Assembly: GCA_951406725.2 (NCBI GenBank)
Contig: OX597816.1
Coordinates: 172,050,001-172,114,000, forward strand
Length of the DNA: 64,000 bases
Direction of reading: 5' to 3'
Origin: Octopus vulgaris
Lineage: Eukaryota
This document shows, piece by piece, positions 48,327 to 60,581 of this stretch. Position 1 is the first letter of the stretch; each line of letters starts with the position of its first letter. The position numbers were made by a program, and so were the translations under genes. The notes beneath the pieces were generated by a model. The model ran no database searches, was not told the DNA's origin, and saw only the letters and a list, made by a program, of their open reading frames with translations.

Positions 48327-49530
48327 ATTTTCATAAAAAGTATCACAGAAAACAAATCCTTTAACTTTTTTTTTTATATCAATCTGCTTGAAATTACCTC
48401 TGGTTGTTTGATACAAAACTATTTCAATGCTTAATGCTTCCTCCCATATTAAACTCTTTCCGCTGACCCAACACATTAAACATGGATAGTTCAGACAGCA
48501 GATATGTATAAACTGGTAAAAATAATAGTGCTTTGGATTAAATGTTTGGTCACCAAAACTCAGTACATATTCTGCTAGGGTTGATTTTTGCTTCCATGTA
48601 AGTAAAAACAAGCTGTTACTAGCCTAATATATCAATTAATGAAAATATTATACTTCTTGATTATTTTTCAAACTCAATTGAAATATAGGCAGCATATTTT
48701 GATTTTAAAATATGATCATAAAAAGGTTAAGTGTCATTTTATGACAGCAGCACAACCTACAGATCTGAAGGTACCGCACAATTATATGAAATCTGTGACA
48801 ATGTAACATTTCTAACAACCCAACTAGTTCTAAAAAATATTAACATTAAAAGCTGGATAGTGGGATAGAAAATCTGTCTGTAGGAAAGTGAGCAAAGAAT
48901 TCATTTTGTATATCTCTCTATACTGGTGTACAAAACTTACCATACAACTCAATCTGAAAGTTTGTCACATCCACTAGCAAAACAAAAGATGCTTAGTTTG
49001 TGAAATCCATATAAAAATGTATAAAAGTGTATGTAAGGAAGAATTTTTTCACGCTAAGAGTTGCTGAAGCATGGAACAGACTGCCGGCATCAGTTGTTAG
49101 TTGTCGGAGCACTGCATCCTTCAAAACTTCCATGCTTCCTGAGATTCGCCAACACTACACTTGATTTTCTCCCCTCCATACACACGCAAGCATGTATCTG
49201 ACTCATACACTGTTCGCTTTCCAGACATTTGTACATTACTGCATATGCTTTATACGCACTTTTGACAAGTTGTGGTGCACCTGAGCACTGTATACAAAAT
49301 ATTTACCATACTTTTTAAGTCATTTTCACTTTAAAATAATTTTTAAATATGCCAAAGAAACTTTTTCTAATGGTATTCACTTGAAAATAATTTAAAAAAA
49401 CATGAAATAATTTCATTATTATTATATTAAGAGTTTTATAGATCAAAAGAGAAAGTGAAGTTAAGAGACTTGTGAAGTTGTCACAGTTTATAAAATTCTT
49501 AAAAAAAAGTATCAGGTATACTCTACCAAC

Positions 49531-49787
49531 CTCGACTCCCATTCCAATATCATCAAGAATACAATAATCTTCGTCAATGTCAAGTTCAGTGTTTTCTTCC
49601 GACATACTGCTGCTATACAGAGACTTTGAGCTGGATGATGAAGATAAGTTCTCTGTAGATACCAAATTTGCAGCATTCTCATGTGAAGTGGGATACAGAG
49701 GCTGATCCTCGTTTGGAGGAACAAAGAATACCTCTGTGGTAGGTCGTTTGCTGGATGAACTCTTTTTAGAATGGCTACCATGACTTG
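49531..49787 (-). CDS. ATG2: ATG2 coding exon with LIR/GIM-like motif DEDYCIL
   Basis: cag|CA...GAG|gttggt; Ser-rich linker ending ELDIDEDYCILDDIGMGVE, equivalent to the human ATG2A/B FCIL GABARAP-interaction motif. Confidence 0.9.
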
Positions 49788-49867
49788 CTGAAAATGCAAT
49801 AAATAAGTAATTAGATAAATAAATAAATGCATGCACATGAACACAAGTATATAAATATATTATACAT

Positions 49868-50268
49868 ACTCTTTACTCTTTTACTTGTTTCAGTCATTTG
49901 ACTGCGGCCATGCTGGAGCACCGCCTTTAGTCGAGCAAATCAACCGCGGGACTTATTCTTTTGTAAGCCCAGTACTTATTCTATCGGTCTCTTTTGCCGA
50001 ACCGCTAAGTGACGGGGACGTAAACACACCAGCATCGGTTGTCAAGCAATGCTAGGGGGACAAACACAGACACACAAACACACACATATATATATACATA
50101 TATACGACAGGCTTCTTTCAGTTTCCGTCTACCAAATCCACTCACAAGGCATTGGTTGGCCCAGGGCTATAGCAGAAGACACTTGCCCAAGATGCCACGC
50201 AGTGGGACTGAACCCGGAACCATGTGGTTGGTTAGCAAACTACTTACCACACAGCCACTCCTGCGCCT
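49868..50268 (-). mobile_element. SINE family A
   Basis: Full-length copy. Confidence 0.85.
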
Positions 50269-50289
50269 ATATGTATATATATTTAAAAA

Positions 50290-51350
50290 GGATGTTGGTC
50301 TTGATGTGTGAAAAGGGTGTAGGTAGAAACTCCATGGACGTATAAGAGGTGTAGTGATATCACAAGAATGTTAACACAGAAAATAGTCTTTGTGTGTGGC
50401 AAATGTGTGGGCACAGTAGGAACTAAAAATGTGCAGAGAACTGACTCCCTCAAATGTTTGGGGGGAATTATTAGAAATAGTAACTAACTAACATAGGCAC
50501 AGGAGTGGCTGTGTGGTAAGTAGCTTGCTAACCAACCACATGGTTCTGGGTTCAGTCCCACTGCGTGGCATCTTGGGCAAGTGTCTTCTGCTATAGCCCC
50601 GGGCCGACCAAAGCCTTGTGAGTGGATTTGGTAGACGGAAACTGAAAGAAGCCTGTCGTATATATGTATATATATATATGTGTTTGTGTGTCTGTGTTTG
50701 TCCCCCCAACATCGCTTGACAACCGATGCTGGTGTGTTTACGTCCCCGTAACTTAACAGTTCGGCAAAAGAGACCGATAGAATAAGTACTGGGCTTACAA
50801 AAGATTAAGTCCCGGGGTTGATTTGCTCAACTAAAGGCGGTGCTCCAGCATGGCTGCAGTCAAATGACTGAGACAAGTAAAAGAGAGCTTCTGTTACCTA
50901 GGAGACCAAGTTAGCAGTGGAAGAGGAAGTTCTGAAAGTGTAGTTGCTAAGATAAGAATGGGCTGGGCAAAGTTCAGAGAGGTTCTACCCTTGTTAGTAA
51001 CGAAGGGCCTCTCACTCAGAGTGAAGGGAAGATTGTATGATGCCTGTGTATGTACAGCTATATTACATGGCAATGAAACATGGGATTTGACTACAGAGGA
51101 CTTGCAAAGGCTTGAAAGAAATGAAGCTAGCATGCTCTGCTGCATGGGTAACATCAGTGTGCATGTACGACAGCGTGTAAATAATTTAAGAGGAAAACAG
51201 GGTATAAGAGGCATCAGATGTTGTGTGCAAGAGAGAAGACTGTTCGATCATGTGATGCATATGGATGAGGACAGCTGCATAAAGAAGTGCTGATCTCTAA
51301 TTGTGGAAGGAGCCTGTGGAAGGGGTAGATCTAAGAAGATGTGGGACTAA
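50290..51350 (+). mobile_element. RTE-clade LINE remnant (interrupted by SINE A)
   Basis: GWAKFREVLPLLVTKGLSLRVKGRLYDACVCTAILHGNETW...HVMHMDEDSCIKKC. Confidence 0.85.
50495..50888 (+). mobile_element. SINE family A inserted in an RTE remnant
   Basis: Full-length copy, inverted relative to 49868-50268. Confidence 0.85.
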
Positions 51351-51612
51351 ATACCAACAACACCAACACCACCACCATTAACATGAAATTAGATAAATTG
51401 TTTGATAGAGTGTCATACATTTGATTATATTGTTTTCATCAACATACAGGAAATAGAAGATTGAGAGACACCTTCTCGTGTCATACTCAAATATCTTATA
51501 AAATGAGGCTGTGGCACATTTGTAAAACTCTGAGTATTATCTTTGAGTGTAAAAAATTTAAACAGCTACATATTTAAATGTATTCCAATATATTTTATTT
51601 TTGTCATTCACT

Positions 51613-51845
51613 TACTCTTTACTTTTTTACTCTTTTACTTGTTTCAGTCATTTGACTGCAGCCATGCTGGAGCACCGCCTTTAGTCGAGCAAATCGACCC
51701 CGGGACTTATTCTTTGTAAGCCCAGTACTTATTCTATCGGTCTCTTTTTGCCGAACTGCTAAGTGACGGGGACATAAACACACCAGCATCGGTTGTCAAG
51801 CAATGCTAGGGGGACAAACACGGACACACAAACACACACACACAC

Positions 51846-51878
<33 letters not shown>

Positions 51879-52053
51879 CATACATATATACAACGGGCTT
51901 CTTTCAGTTTCTGTCTACCAAATCCACTCACAAGGCTTTGGTCGGCCCGAGGCTATAGTAGAAGACACTTGCCCAAGGTGCCACGCAGTGGGACTGAACC
52001 CGGAACCATGTGGTTGGTAAACAAGCTACTTACCACACAGCCACTCCTGCGCC
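51613..52053 (-). mobile_element. SINE family A
   Basis: Full-length copy. Confidence 0.85.
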
Positions 52054-52377
52054 TTATTTCATATGCTTAATAAAGGCATTCAAATTTCTTTCAAATTACA
52101 TTATACCATCTTAAAATCAGAAAAAAACATTAGATGATGTACAACTAGTATGAGATGGTCATGGTTAGAATGCCATTGATCATTGATCTGCTTAATTCAG
52201 AATGACATGGGGCTCAACAATAACAATACCGAGGAAGTCAAATGCAAAAAAATTGACCTAGAGTGGATATGAACTTAAGATGCCTATTGAAATACAATAG
52301 AACAACCAGAATGGACTATTTCTGAATCTGTCAAAAACACTATGCAACTGAAAATAATAACAGAATAACTCAGTTAC

Positions 52378-52501
52378 CTTTACTCTGTTCTGGGACAGTG
52401 GATTCCTTCATAGCATCTTCCATCATATCATGTACTAAATCTGTAGGGTTAATATCACCATTGTCAGCAGTAGTTCTATGAATTGAATCATCAAGATCTT
52501 C
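52378..52501 (-). CDS. ATG2: ATG2 coding exon
   Basis: tag|GAA...AAAG|gtaact; EDLDDSIHRTTADNGDINPTDLVHDMMEDAMKESTVPEQSK, like ATG2B LMSDAMEE; phases 0/1 fit. Confidence 0.85.
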
Positions 52502-53179
52502 CTAAAAACAGAGAATTAAAACAACTAAAAAATCAAATATCAAAAGTACACATTGTTTTTTAATGAAAAGATACCCCTAGCACCTATTTCAGAGTCTTTC
52601 AAATCAGAGGAAGGCAGAGAGGACATCATTCTCAAACTGGAGAATTAGCCCTGAATGTTCACAACAAAGCTGACCCCAACAGAATTTAATCTCAGAATCT
52701 AATGGGATATAATGTAATACTGCAAAGTACCTCGTCAGGTGTACTACCAATTCTTATAACAATAGCAATAATAACAATTAAGCTTGTGTGTTTGTTGTGT
52801 GTATAAGCAGTCTGGCCATATATTTCTCTGGGACTGGCCAATTTTCGAACCTTTAACCCTTTAGCATTTAGATTACTGTCAAATGTAATGCTTATTTATT
52901 CACATCATCATCATCATCATTTAGTGTCTGCTTTCCATGGGTTAGATGATTTGACTGGAACTGGCACCAAGTTACAGTCTGGTTTGGCATGATTTCTATA
53001 GTTAGGTCCCCATCCTAATGCCAACCTCTCCAAGAGTGTAACGAGTGCTTTTAACGTGCCACTAGCACAGATGTTTCTGTGTGCCACTGGCATGGGTGAT
53101 AGTCATGTGGCACTGGCATCAGTCATGGCTACAATTTCACTTGGCTTGATGAGTCTTCTCAAACACATCATATCACCAA

Positions 53180-53570
53180 AGGTCTCAGTCACTTGTCATC
53201 ACATCCATGAGGCCTAACATTCAAAGATCATGCTTCATCACTTCATCTCATATCTTCCTGGGTCACCTTCTTCCACAGGTTTCCTCCACCATTAGAGATT
53301 GGTACTTCTTTACACAACTGTATTCATCCATATGCATTACGTGACCGTACCAGTAGTCATCTCTCTTGCACACCACATCTGATGCCTTTTATTTCAAACT
53401 TTTCTCTCAAGATGCTCACACTCTATCTTACATGCACATTGACATTGCACATCCAATGAAACACACTAGCTACTTTCTTTCAAGCCTACAAATGTCCTCA
53501 GTGGTCATAGCCTGTTTCACTGCTATGGAACATGGCTGTTCGCACACAGGCATCACACAGTCTGCCTTTC
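53180..53570 (-). mobile_element. RTE-clade LINE 3' remnant
   Basis: Reverse-complement similarity to 51030-51350; ...WYGHVMHMDE. Confidence 0.7.
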
Positions 53571-54116
53571 ACATTGTTTTAAATTAATCATGCATTAATT
53601 ATCTTGTAGCCTTCCTTGGGCATGGATACATTAAAGCTCCAATGTATGATAATTGACTTGGTAGACAACCACAGGATTATCCACCATCTTTCCAACAACA
53701 ACTATGGGCACCTTTTTGAATTCTACATGTCTAACACTCATGGACATGCTTACAAAATCAAAAAAACAACACAGCACCCATGACTTTTGGAAACATCTTT
53801 TCACACTCAGAAATGCTAAAGCATGGAATAAACTACCTACATCAGTTGTTTGCTGTTGGGAAACTACATCCTTCAATATTTCCATGCTTCCTGAAATTCA
53901 CCAACAGCATACCTGATGCTTACAACCCCTATTTTTTTTCCCAACTTGTTCACTGTTCACTTCCTGTGCATATTCTATGTACTGTTCATGCAGTTTTGGC
54001 TACATTTTCTGATGAGTTGTAGTGCACCTGAGCACTGTATACAATAAGTTCATCATCATCATCATATTATTATTATTATTATTTATAATGTTCCGGTAAA
54101 TATCAAGAATACTCAC

Positions 54117-54281
54117 AGTATTAGATTTACTTGTAGAAGATAAAGAATCATCAAAATTTTCTTGGAGGTCTCCATCATTGGCAATGTACTGAATTAATTC
54201 CATCAACGCCACACAAGAATCTGAGCAGGTTCTCACATTAAAACGATTACTAGTGATTGTTACATCTTTCTTGGGAATTTT
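54117..54281 (-). CDS. ATG2: ATG2 coding exon (ATG2_CAD region)
   Basis: tag|AAA...ACT|gtgagt; KIPKKDVTITSNRFNVRTCSDSCVALMELIQYIANDGDL matches the conserved ATG2 RTCSDSC..LM.LIQYIA..GDL motif. Confidence 0.95.
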
Positions 54282-54549
54282 CTAACAAAAGAAAAAAAAA
54301 AAGAATTAAAAAAGAGAGAAAAGAAGAATATTTAGACCCTTTTATCTAAATCATTCCAGAATGAACTTAAGCAAGCTAAGAAGAGACATAATATCATATC
54401 TATTAGATGTGGTTGAGAAGCTTGTTGCACATTCATGTGGCTTTCAGGTTCAGTCCCACTACACGGCACTTTGGGCAGGGTCTTCTACTTATATCCCCAG
54501 GCCAACCAAAGTCATGTGAGAGGATTTAGTAGACAGAAACTGAAAGACG

Positions 54550-54553
<4 letters not shown>

Positions 54554-54635
<82 letters not shown>
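54554..54635. repeat. (GT)n microsatellite, ~40 units
   Basis: Direct reading; many other (TA)n, (CA)n, (AG)n and (GAT)n tracts occur across the window. Confidence 0.95.
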
Positions 54636-54641
<6 letters not shown>

Positions 54642-55025
54642 CTCATTGCTTGTTTTACAAGTAATGTTCATTTCCAAACTTCTATACAAAACACATCCAT
54701 CCATGGCTTCAATCCATGATGTGATTGTATATTTTTAGAATGACATTGTTGAGTAGGTGTGAGAGGTCAGACCCGCTCAGTTTGAATATAAAACAGGTGG
54801 AATATTTTGGCTCGGTATGTCTGGTTTAAATGCCAAAGGATGAAGCCATAGCTGTCCCCAGTGATATGTAAACATTACTGAAAGCAAAGAGATAGTATCT
54901 GGTTTCAAATTAGCACTTCTTCCAGAGTGGCAGTCTGCTAAACATTGTTTTATTAAGTTATACATTAAATACAGACAAAAAATAATAAACTGATGGAAAT
55001 GTTGAAATGTTCTTCTTTTACTTAC

Positions 55026-55093
55026 AGTTTCTTTTCCTCCGCTTGTTCGCAATGAGAGTTCAAACCTGTCCCAGTCAGCCACACAAACATAAT
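55026..55093 (-). CDS. ATG2: ATG2 coding exon
   Basis: cag|AT...ACT|gtaag; (D)YVCVADWDRFELSLRTSGGKET, like ATG2 DYVCV.D...EL. Confidence 0.9.
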
Positions 55094-55269
55094 CTGCAAA
55101 ATATAGTTCACAAACACAAAATATAATTCACATCCAGCCATTGAAACCATGCCAAAGCAGACAGTGGAGCTTGGTGCAGTCCTCTGGCTCCCCAGATCCT
55201 GTCACACCATCCAACCCATGCCAATATGATAGGTGGACATTAAATGACAAGCGGAGACAGAGGGATTTT

Positions 55270-56012
55270 TAATTGCAGCACAAGACCAAAGCCTCCCCAC
55301 CAGAAATTACCAAAAGCATATAATAGAAAGAAACATAACAAATAACTGCAGAATATGTGGAGATGGACAAGAAGCAATAAATCATATTATCTCTGGCTGC
55401 CCAGTCCTGGCTAAGAAGGAATATATTCACAGACACGACAGAGTTGGGACCTACATACACTGGAAGCTATGCCAACACTATGGAATAACAACAGAAAAAA
55501 GATGGTATAGGCACACACCAGAAAACAAGAAAGCAACCATACTCTTGGATATGCCAATACACACAGATAGAGAAATTAAGGCTTATGGGCCAGATATAGT
55601 TGTCAGAGATCATGAAGAAAAAAAATGCTTTCTAATTGATGTATCAATACCAGCAGATGGCAACGTGTCTCTAAAAGAAATGGAGAAACTTTCAAAATAC
55701 AAAGACCTGGAAATAGAAGTAATTCGAATGCAGTGTCTAAAAACAGAAACAATTCCTATCATAGTAGGCGTATTAGGTATGATAAAAAATATTCAGACAA
55801 ATACATAACAAAAACACTAGGGCTAACAAATATATATAACATACAGAACATTGCACTACTGGGCACTGTACACATCCTATGCAAAACACTTTCAATACAG
55901 TAACCATCAGAGCATCACAACAAATCACAGCACATACCCAAGGCACACAGAGCAGCGCTCGGTAGTGAAGTGAAAGCACGCTATTAAAATAAAACTACTG
56001 AATAATAATAAC
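55270..56012 (+). mobile_element. R4/Dong-like non-LTR element 3' end (restriction-like endonuclease)
   Basis: HIISGCPVLAKKEYIHRHD...PDIVVRD....FLIDVSIP....KEMEKLSKYKDL...IPIIVGVLG; (aat)n tail. Confidence 0.85.
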
Positions 56013-56626
56013 AACATTGAAAAATACCATAGGAATGAGAACCCAGGTTCAAAATTTCCCCAAGACACCTGATGAAGGCTGGAGGGTTAACAACAAACAA
56101 TATGAGGACAAATATCTGTTAAATGTAAATAATGTGAATGGAAGGAGGTGTCTTGAAATTGGTGGAGAGCTTTAGCCTTGCACCACTCCACCATGGCTCC
56201 ATGATGATGTCTTTGTAGCATCAGAGACATCGAAGGAGCCAAGAGTTCAGCTGGGGAGATGTTAAAATGTTGGGGATGTTAAACCAGTCCACAGCACATT
56301 GGTAGATGCTTGCAAAATGATTGGCTGCTTGGAACTGGCGTCCGGTGGGATGGTTGGTAACCCAGCACACAAAGCTATGAATATCAGCACAGGTCTGAAA
56401 TTTGTTACTGGACGGAGGGGAAAATCAAGAAGAATGGTAACAACAGACTGAAGTGGGAAGGGGGTGGATGAGTTAGATGGGGAGGGGTGGTGGGGTAGTG
56501 GAAGGCTGGGAGGAGAGAGAGGAGGAATAAGTGCTTAGGGGGTTGAAGTAATGGAAGGATTGGGATGAGGATGAGGGGGTGTATTGGGGAGGGAGTGGTG
56601 ATTTAGTGAATCTTATGTTATAGGTA

Positions 56627-57037
56627 TACTCTTTACTCTTTTACTTGTTTCAGTCATTTGACTGCGGCCATGCTGGAGCACCGCCTTTAGTCAAGCAAAT
56701 CGACCCCGGGACTTATTCTTTGTAAGCCCAGTACTTATTCTCTCGGTCTCTTTTGCCGAACCGCTAAGTGACGGGGACGTAAACACACCCGCATCGGTTG
56801 TCAAGCAATGCTAGGGGGACAAACAGACACACAAACATATACACACACACACTTATATATATATACATATATACGACAGGCTTCTTTCAGTTTCCGTCTA
56901 CCAAATCCACTCACAAGGCATTGGTTGGCCCGGGGCTATAGCAGAAGACACTTGCCCAAGATGCCACGCAGTGGGACTGAACCCGGAACCATGTGGTTGG
57001 TTAGCAAGCTACTTACCACACAGCCACTCCTGCGCCT
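56627..57037 (-). mobile_element. SINE family A
   Basis: Full-length copy. Confidence 0.85.
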
Positions 57038-57139
57038 ATATGTCTATAATGTACTAGAGTATTGCTGATGATACTGATGATAGTTGTGTGAGGCAGTATT
57101 AACACCCAGCCAACGAAACATACAGAAACTTTGTATTAC

Positions 57140-57207
57140 CTTTCAGTGAAGTCACATTTTCTTCAGCTTTCTGTGATATAAACAAACCAGTACGATCAAA
57201 TTCAAAT
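57140..57207 (-). CDS. ATG2: ATG2 coding exon
   Basis: tag|A...AAAG|gtaat; (R)FEFDRTGLFISQKAEENVTSLK(D); phases 2/1 fit. Confidence 0.85.
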
Positions 57208-57799
57208 CTACAAAATAATCAAAGAATAAATTTAGGCTAATTATTCATCTAGCTGTTCACACACACACACACAAGAAAAGTATGCCCTTAAGTTTTTTCC
57301 TTGTCTTCCTTTATAGCAAGTGTTATATATCAAAAGAGAAAAGTGTAACTGATACAAATGCTTAAAAATTAAAATTTCTTAACATAATGGTGGTGCCCCA
57401 GCATGGCCACGGCCTTCGGGCTAAAACATTTTTAAGGATTTAAGGATTTACTAATGATACAAAAGATATCAGAACAAAAATAAATTTGACGTTGATTAGT
57501 GGCCTGTTAGATAAAGACATTATAACCTTTATTTTCTTCATTTTATAACTAAAGGTGCCTAGTTTGAAATCAATCTGGTATTATGCACACCCAGGAATCA
57601 AACAGCTAAGGAACATCAGAGCTCAAACTCATTAAAACTTTGTACAGGCATGGCTGTGTGGTAAAAGCTTGCTTCAAACCACATGGTTCTGGGTTCAGTC
57701 TCACTGTGTGGCACTTAGGGAAAGTATCTTCTATAGCCTCAGGTCAACCAAAATCCTGTGAGTGGATTTAGTAGACAGAAACTGAGAGAAGCCTGAATG

Positions 57800-58276
57800 T
57801 AGCCGATGCCAGCACCGCCTCAACTGGCTTCTGTGACGGTGGCACATAAAAAGCACCATCCGAATGTGGCCGATGCCAGCGCTACCCCGACTGGCTTCTG
57901 TGCCGGTAGCACGTAAAAAGCACCATCCGAGCGTGACCAATGCCAGTGCCACCTTGACTGGCTTCCGTGCCGGTGGCACGTTAAAAGCACCAACCGATCG
58001 TGGCCGCTGCCAGACTCCCCTGGCACCTGTGCCGGTGGCACGTTAAAAGCACCAACTGATTGTGGCCGCTGCCAGACTCCCCTGGCACCTGTGCCAGTGG
58101 CACGTAAAAAGCACCCACTACACTCGCGGAGTGGTTGGTGTTAGGAAGGGCATCCAGCTGTAGAAACACTGTCAGATCAGACTGGAGCCTGGTGCAGCCT
58201 TCTGGCTTCCCAGACCCCGGTCGAACCGTCCAACCCGTGCTAGCGCGGAAAACGGACGTTAAACAATGATGATGAT
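57800..58276 (+). mobile_element. Retroposon family B
   Basis: 5 units, body and tail. Confidence 0.8.
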
Positions 58277-58299
58277 ACATATGCATGTTCAGTTTTATT

Positions 58300-58770
58300 T
58301 CAAGATTTCTTGCCAATAGAGAAGGAGCCAGTTTCTAACCTAAATTCAAGGCTCCATCATTGGAATTTCAACATCAATAACAGGGTATTTTTGTTTGTTT
58401 GTATGTATGACTGTATATGTGTAGATTTGTATGTTTTGCTTTATCTATGTATTCTCATGCATATAGTTGCATATCTAGACATGCTCATATATATTTCAAT
58501 GATAAACTTCTGGAAAGTTTTACAGATTTTTACAGTTCCAGTGATGGATTGGATCTGTAGTCTTCGAATAAGCTTTCTCCTTTCTGGTTTTGAGAAGCCT
58601 AATTTCTCAAGATTGGTATTTAGGCAGTGTGTTACATATCCTAGGGCCCCAATAATTACAGGTATAAACCTGAACTTGTAATCTGGATAGAGTAAGTGCA
58701 GATTTCTCAATAGTTCCAGATAGGTAGTCTCTTTTTCACTGATCTTTAGCTTTATGTTAACAGCCGTTGA
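58300..58770 (-). mobile_element. Second RLE-type non-LTR element 3' fragment
   Basis: ...LYPDYKFRFIPVIIGALG...L..LG motif typical of RLE C-termini. Confidence 0.7.
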
Positions 58771-58939
58771 ATGAATTACAGTGACCTCCTAATACGCCAC
58801 AAGACACTTTCTTTTGTCCGGAAAATGGGGGATGGGATGGGGTGGAACCCTCATAAATTTCACCCCCCCCCCCCATTCCCAACATTTTGCAGAAATATGT
58901 TTTCAACAGTGTGGATTACATGGTTCGTTATTAAATATA

Positions 58940-59175
58940 CAGAGTGTTCAAAAAAGTCTGTCTGCATTAAGTATTTTATTGCAAAATAAATATTTTTAAG
59001 ATGGTGTAAGACTACAAAAGAATATATTAGACTTTACAAGACTTTAAAAAACTTTACAAGAGGTGTTGAAAGTATTGTCCTTCATTTTCAGTACATAAGT
59101 TGACTCTTCTACACATGTTTTGAAATACATCAGGATGAACAAAATTCACTATGGAGAGACATTTTGAACACCCTG
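58940..59175. mobile_element. Tc1/mariner-type MITE
   Basis: ta|cagagtgttcaaaa...ttttgaacaccctg|ta, i.e. TIRs and TA TSD. Confidence 0.7.
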
Positions 59176-59327
59176 TATATTTACTGGTTGGTATATTTAC
59201 TATGGGAATTAATGTTAGCATTTATACAGCATGTATTTTATGCTAAAAGCATTTTTTCTAAAGTCGTAGTCTACAAAATGTGTGTGTGTGTGTATGCATA
59301 TATATATATATATATACATATATATAT

Positions 59328-59880
59328 AATATTAGAAAAAAACCCACTTTTTATCAATTCAAAATGAATAATTAAATTACACCATCTGGAAAATTACATT
59401 AATAGAAAAGTTAAAATTCAAATAACAATTAAAAGTAAAGATTAAGTAAATTACAAGAATAATATAATGTATATAATAGGTAGAAAAACGACACGTGTTT
59501 CGCTGCTATATTTAAGAAATGATTGTAGTAGTAGTATTTTTAACCTGATGAGCAACTATATTTATATGCAAGTGATTTCTCTACTACTATAATCATTTCT
59601 TAAATATAGCAGCGAAACACATGTCGTTTTTCTACCTATTATATACATTATATTATTCTTGTAATTTACTTAATCTTTACTTTTAATTGTTATTTGAATT
59701 TTAACTTTTCTATTAATGTAATTTTCCAGATGGTGTAATTTAATTATTCATTTTGAATTGATAAAAGTGGGGTTTTTTCTAATATTTTATATATATTATA
59801 TTGTGTGGAATTTGATTTAGTATTTCTAAATTGAATTCTTTTTCCGTGTAAGTTTGGATTTTATTCCCTCAAATAATAAT
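59328..59880. mobile_element. (TA)n-flanked foldback insert with hammerhead
   Basis: ~205-bp arms 59328-59534 / 59581-59786 plus unique tail. Confidence 0.75.
59542..59628 (+). ncRNA. Predicted type I hammerhead ribozyme with long stem II
   Basis: aac-CUGAUGA-[62-nt hairpin]-GAAA-c-acau-GUC-guu; the opposite arm carries the palindromic ACGU loop version of the 3' half. Confidence 0.65.
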
Positions 59881-59967
59881 TATGTATATATATATATATC
59901 ACATCATATATATATATATATGAGTGTGCATGTATATGTGGATAAGAAAGGTACTTATTACATACCT

Positions 59968-60193
59968 TATTTATTTATTTATTTACTGCCCACAAGGGGC
60001 TAAACACAGAGGGGACAAATGGATTAAGTCGATTATATTGACCCCAGTGCATAACTGGTACTTATTTAATCGACCCTGAAAGGATGAAAGGCAAAGTTGA
60101 CCTCAGCAGAATTTGAACTCAGAATGTAGCGGCAGATGAAATATCACTAAGGATTTCACCCGGCATGCTAATGATTCTGCCAGCTCGCCGCCT
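59968..60193 (-). mobile_element. SINE family D
   Basis: Family match; ttattacatacctt repeat on both flanks. Confidence 0.8.
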
Positions 60194-60274
60194 AAAATTA
60201 TTACATACCTTGCTGTCAAATCATTGGATTAATCCCAACAAATTACAAACTTTTTTCTAAATTTTATCAATATA

Positions 60275-60581
60275 CTAGCAGTATTGCCCGGCGTTGCTCG
60301 GGTTTGTAAGGGAAATAACTATATAAGCAGTTTTAGAGAGTTACTTCCCTTATATAACCCGAGCAAAAATCATTAAAAATGCGGAAAAATGATGGTAAAT
60401 CTTTTTTTAAATCGTAGACTCATCGTAGACGCGCGCTAATACCCAGAAGGGATCGATATGAATGACGACTATAAGATACCCGGTTTTGGTTAAACTGCAC
60501 CGCAAAATGTGGGAGTAGTTAGGAATCTAAATCGGAGGAGACAGAGTCTCACACACACAACTTCAATTTTATATATAAAGA
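60275..60581 (-). mobile_element. Non-autonomous Helitron (short variant) nested in a long-TIR element
   Basis: Same termini as other copies; interrupts the left inverted repeat of 60221-61389. Confidence 0.85.

Noticed and set aside
56020-56140. acac-CTGATGA-aggctgg hammerhead start in a probable PLE end (related tail at ~63931-63973)
   Set aside because: The 3' strand of stem II and the GAAA/NUH half are missing, so it cannot be called a ribozyme
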